NCBI GenBank assembly: GCA_023213395.1
Contig: CM041465.1
Coordinates: 248,503,741 to 248,567,740, forward strand
DNA length: 64,000 nt
DNA from: Cycas panzhihuaensis
Taxonomy: Eukaryota > Plantae > Cycadophyta
Direction of reading: 5' to 3'
The position numbers were made by a program, and so were the translations under genes. Each line of letters starts with the position of its first letter. The first letter of the stretch is position 1. A model generated the notes under the pieces. It saw only the letters and a program-made list of their open reading frames with translations. It did not search any database and was not told where the DNA came from. Positions 63,500 to 64,000 of the stretch are shown here, one piece after another.

Positions 63500-64000
63500 T
63501 ATTATGGACAATGAGACTAGAGGTATTTAGGCTAGTTGTAGGCTTCTCATGATAGTGATATCATGACAATATGTCTCTAATTAGGCATTGTTGATAGATA
63601 TTATTTCTCAATGGGATAGGAGGCAACTGTCCTTGGTCAAAGACATGACAATGACTCCTCACGATATGAGAAGGATCTTGAAGGTATCTTATATTGGGCC
63701 ACCTCCTAGGTTAGGCTTATTACCTAGCATTAATAGGGCTTATGTTTCTACTATGAGATTTTTCTATGGGAGAGGAGTTTAGGATAGATGAGGTGGCAAT
63801 TTCAACTACTCGATAGGTTTAGGACTTCTGCTAGTGTGGAAGCTCACTCTCTATGATATTTTATTTTAGGTCTCTCATCATCAAAACTACATTGAGTTTC
63901 CTAGTGGAGTGATGGATGCAATTCAATATTACAAGGTTGGGGAGAGGTTAGATTAGGCCACATTTATTATGACAAACATGAGGCCCCATCCTGATTATAT
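63500..64000 (+). pseudogene. Plant mobile domain (PMD, aminotransferase-like) remnant, runs off the window
   Basis: ALLIDIISQWD...MTMTPHDMRRILKVSYIG matches the PMD pattern ALVERW...GEMTITLEDV..ILGLPI.G, followed by a decayed FP.G and later D*A (DWA/AWG-like) region. Confidence 0.65.

Noticed and set aside
1-64000. Endogenous caulimovirus, env-like gene, DNA transposase, tRNA/5S/rRNA genes
   Set aside because: No movement protein, coat protein, transposase or structural RNA signatures were recognised. The RT segments fit Copia, Gypsy or L1, and tRNA complementarity is limited to PBS motifs.

Overview
Eukaryotic, AT-rich, strongly CpG/CHG-depleted plant nuclear DNA made almost entirely of nested, decayed retrotransposons. 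The element types and decay pattern suggest a large-genome seed plant, probably a gymnosperm (inference). No intact protein-coding gene, RNA gene or CRISPR array is visible. The recognisable ORF-track entries are fragments or antisense shadows of retroelement genes. From left to right: a CpG-rich, apparently undecayed 0.6 kb island next to a minus-strand LTR and PBS; two plus-strand Reina-like chromoviruses that appear to share one chimeric LTR (PPT-LTR-PBS); a minus-strand Reina-like element (10335-21705) holding a complete Ty1/Copia (13421-18603, TSD TAATA); a Copia with a deleted RT core (23032-27325, TSD CCTTC); a decayed accessory ORF that was hit by a CRM-like chromovirus (38810-45981), then tandemly duplicated (~1.9 kb), then hit by a full-length RNase H-containing L1 LINE (30122-36418); a 5'-truncated L1 inside the CRM element (41360-42574); a Tat/Ogre-like gag-protease remnant; a long-leader Copia (52657-60250, TSD TATTA); and a plant mobile domain pseudogene at the right edge. 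I found no convincing new biological system. The most interesting signals are a covarying 3'UTR stem-loop shared by the two divergent LINEs, the shared chimeric LTR, the readable insertion/duplication order, a recurrent Copia hairpin motif and the CpG island. Identities and counts were made by eye and are approximate.
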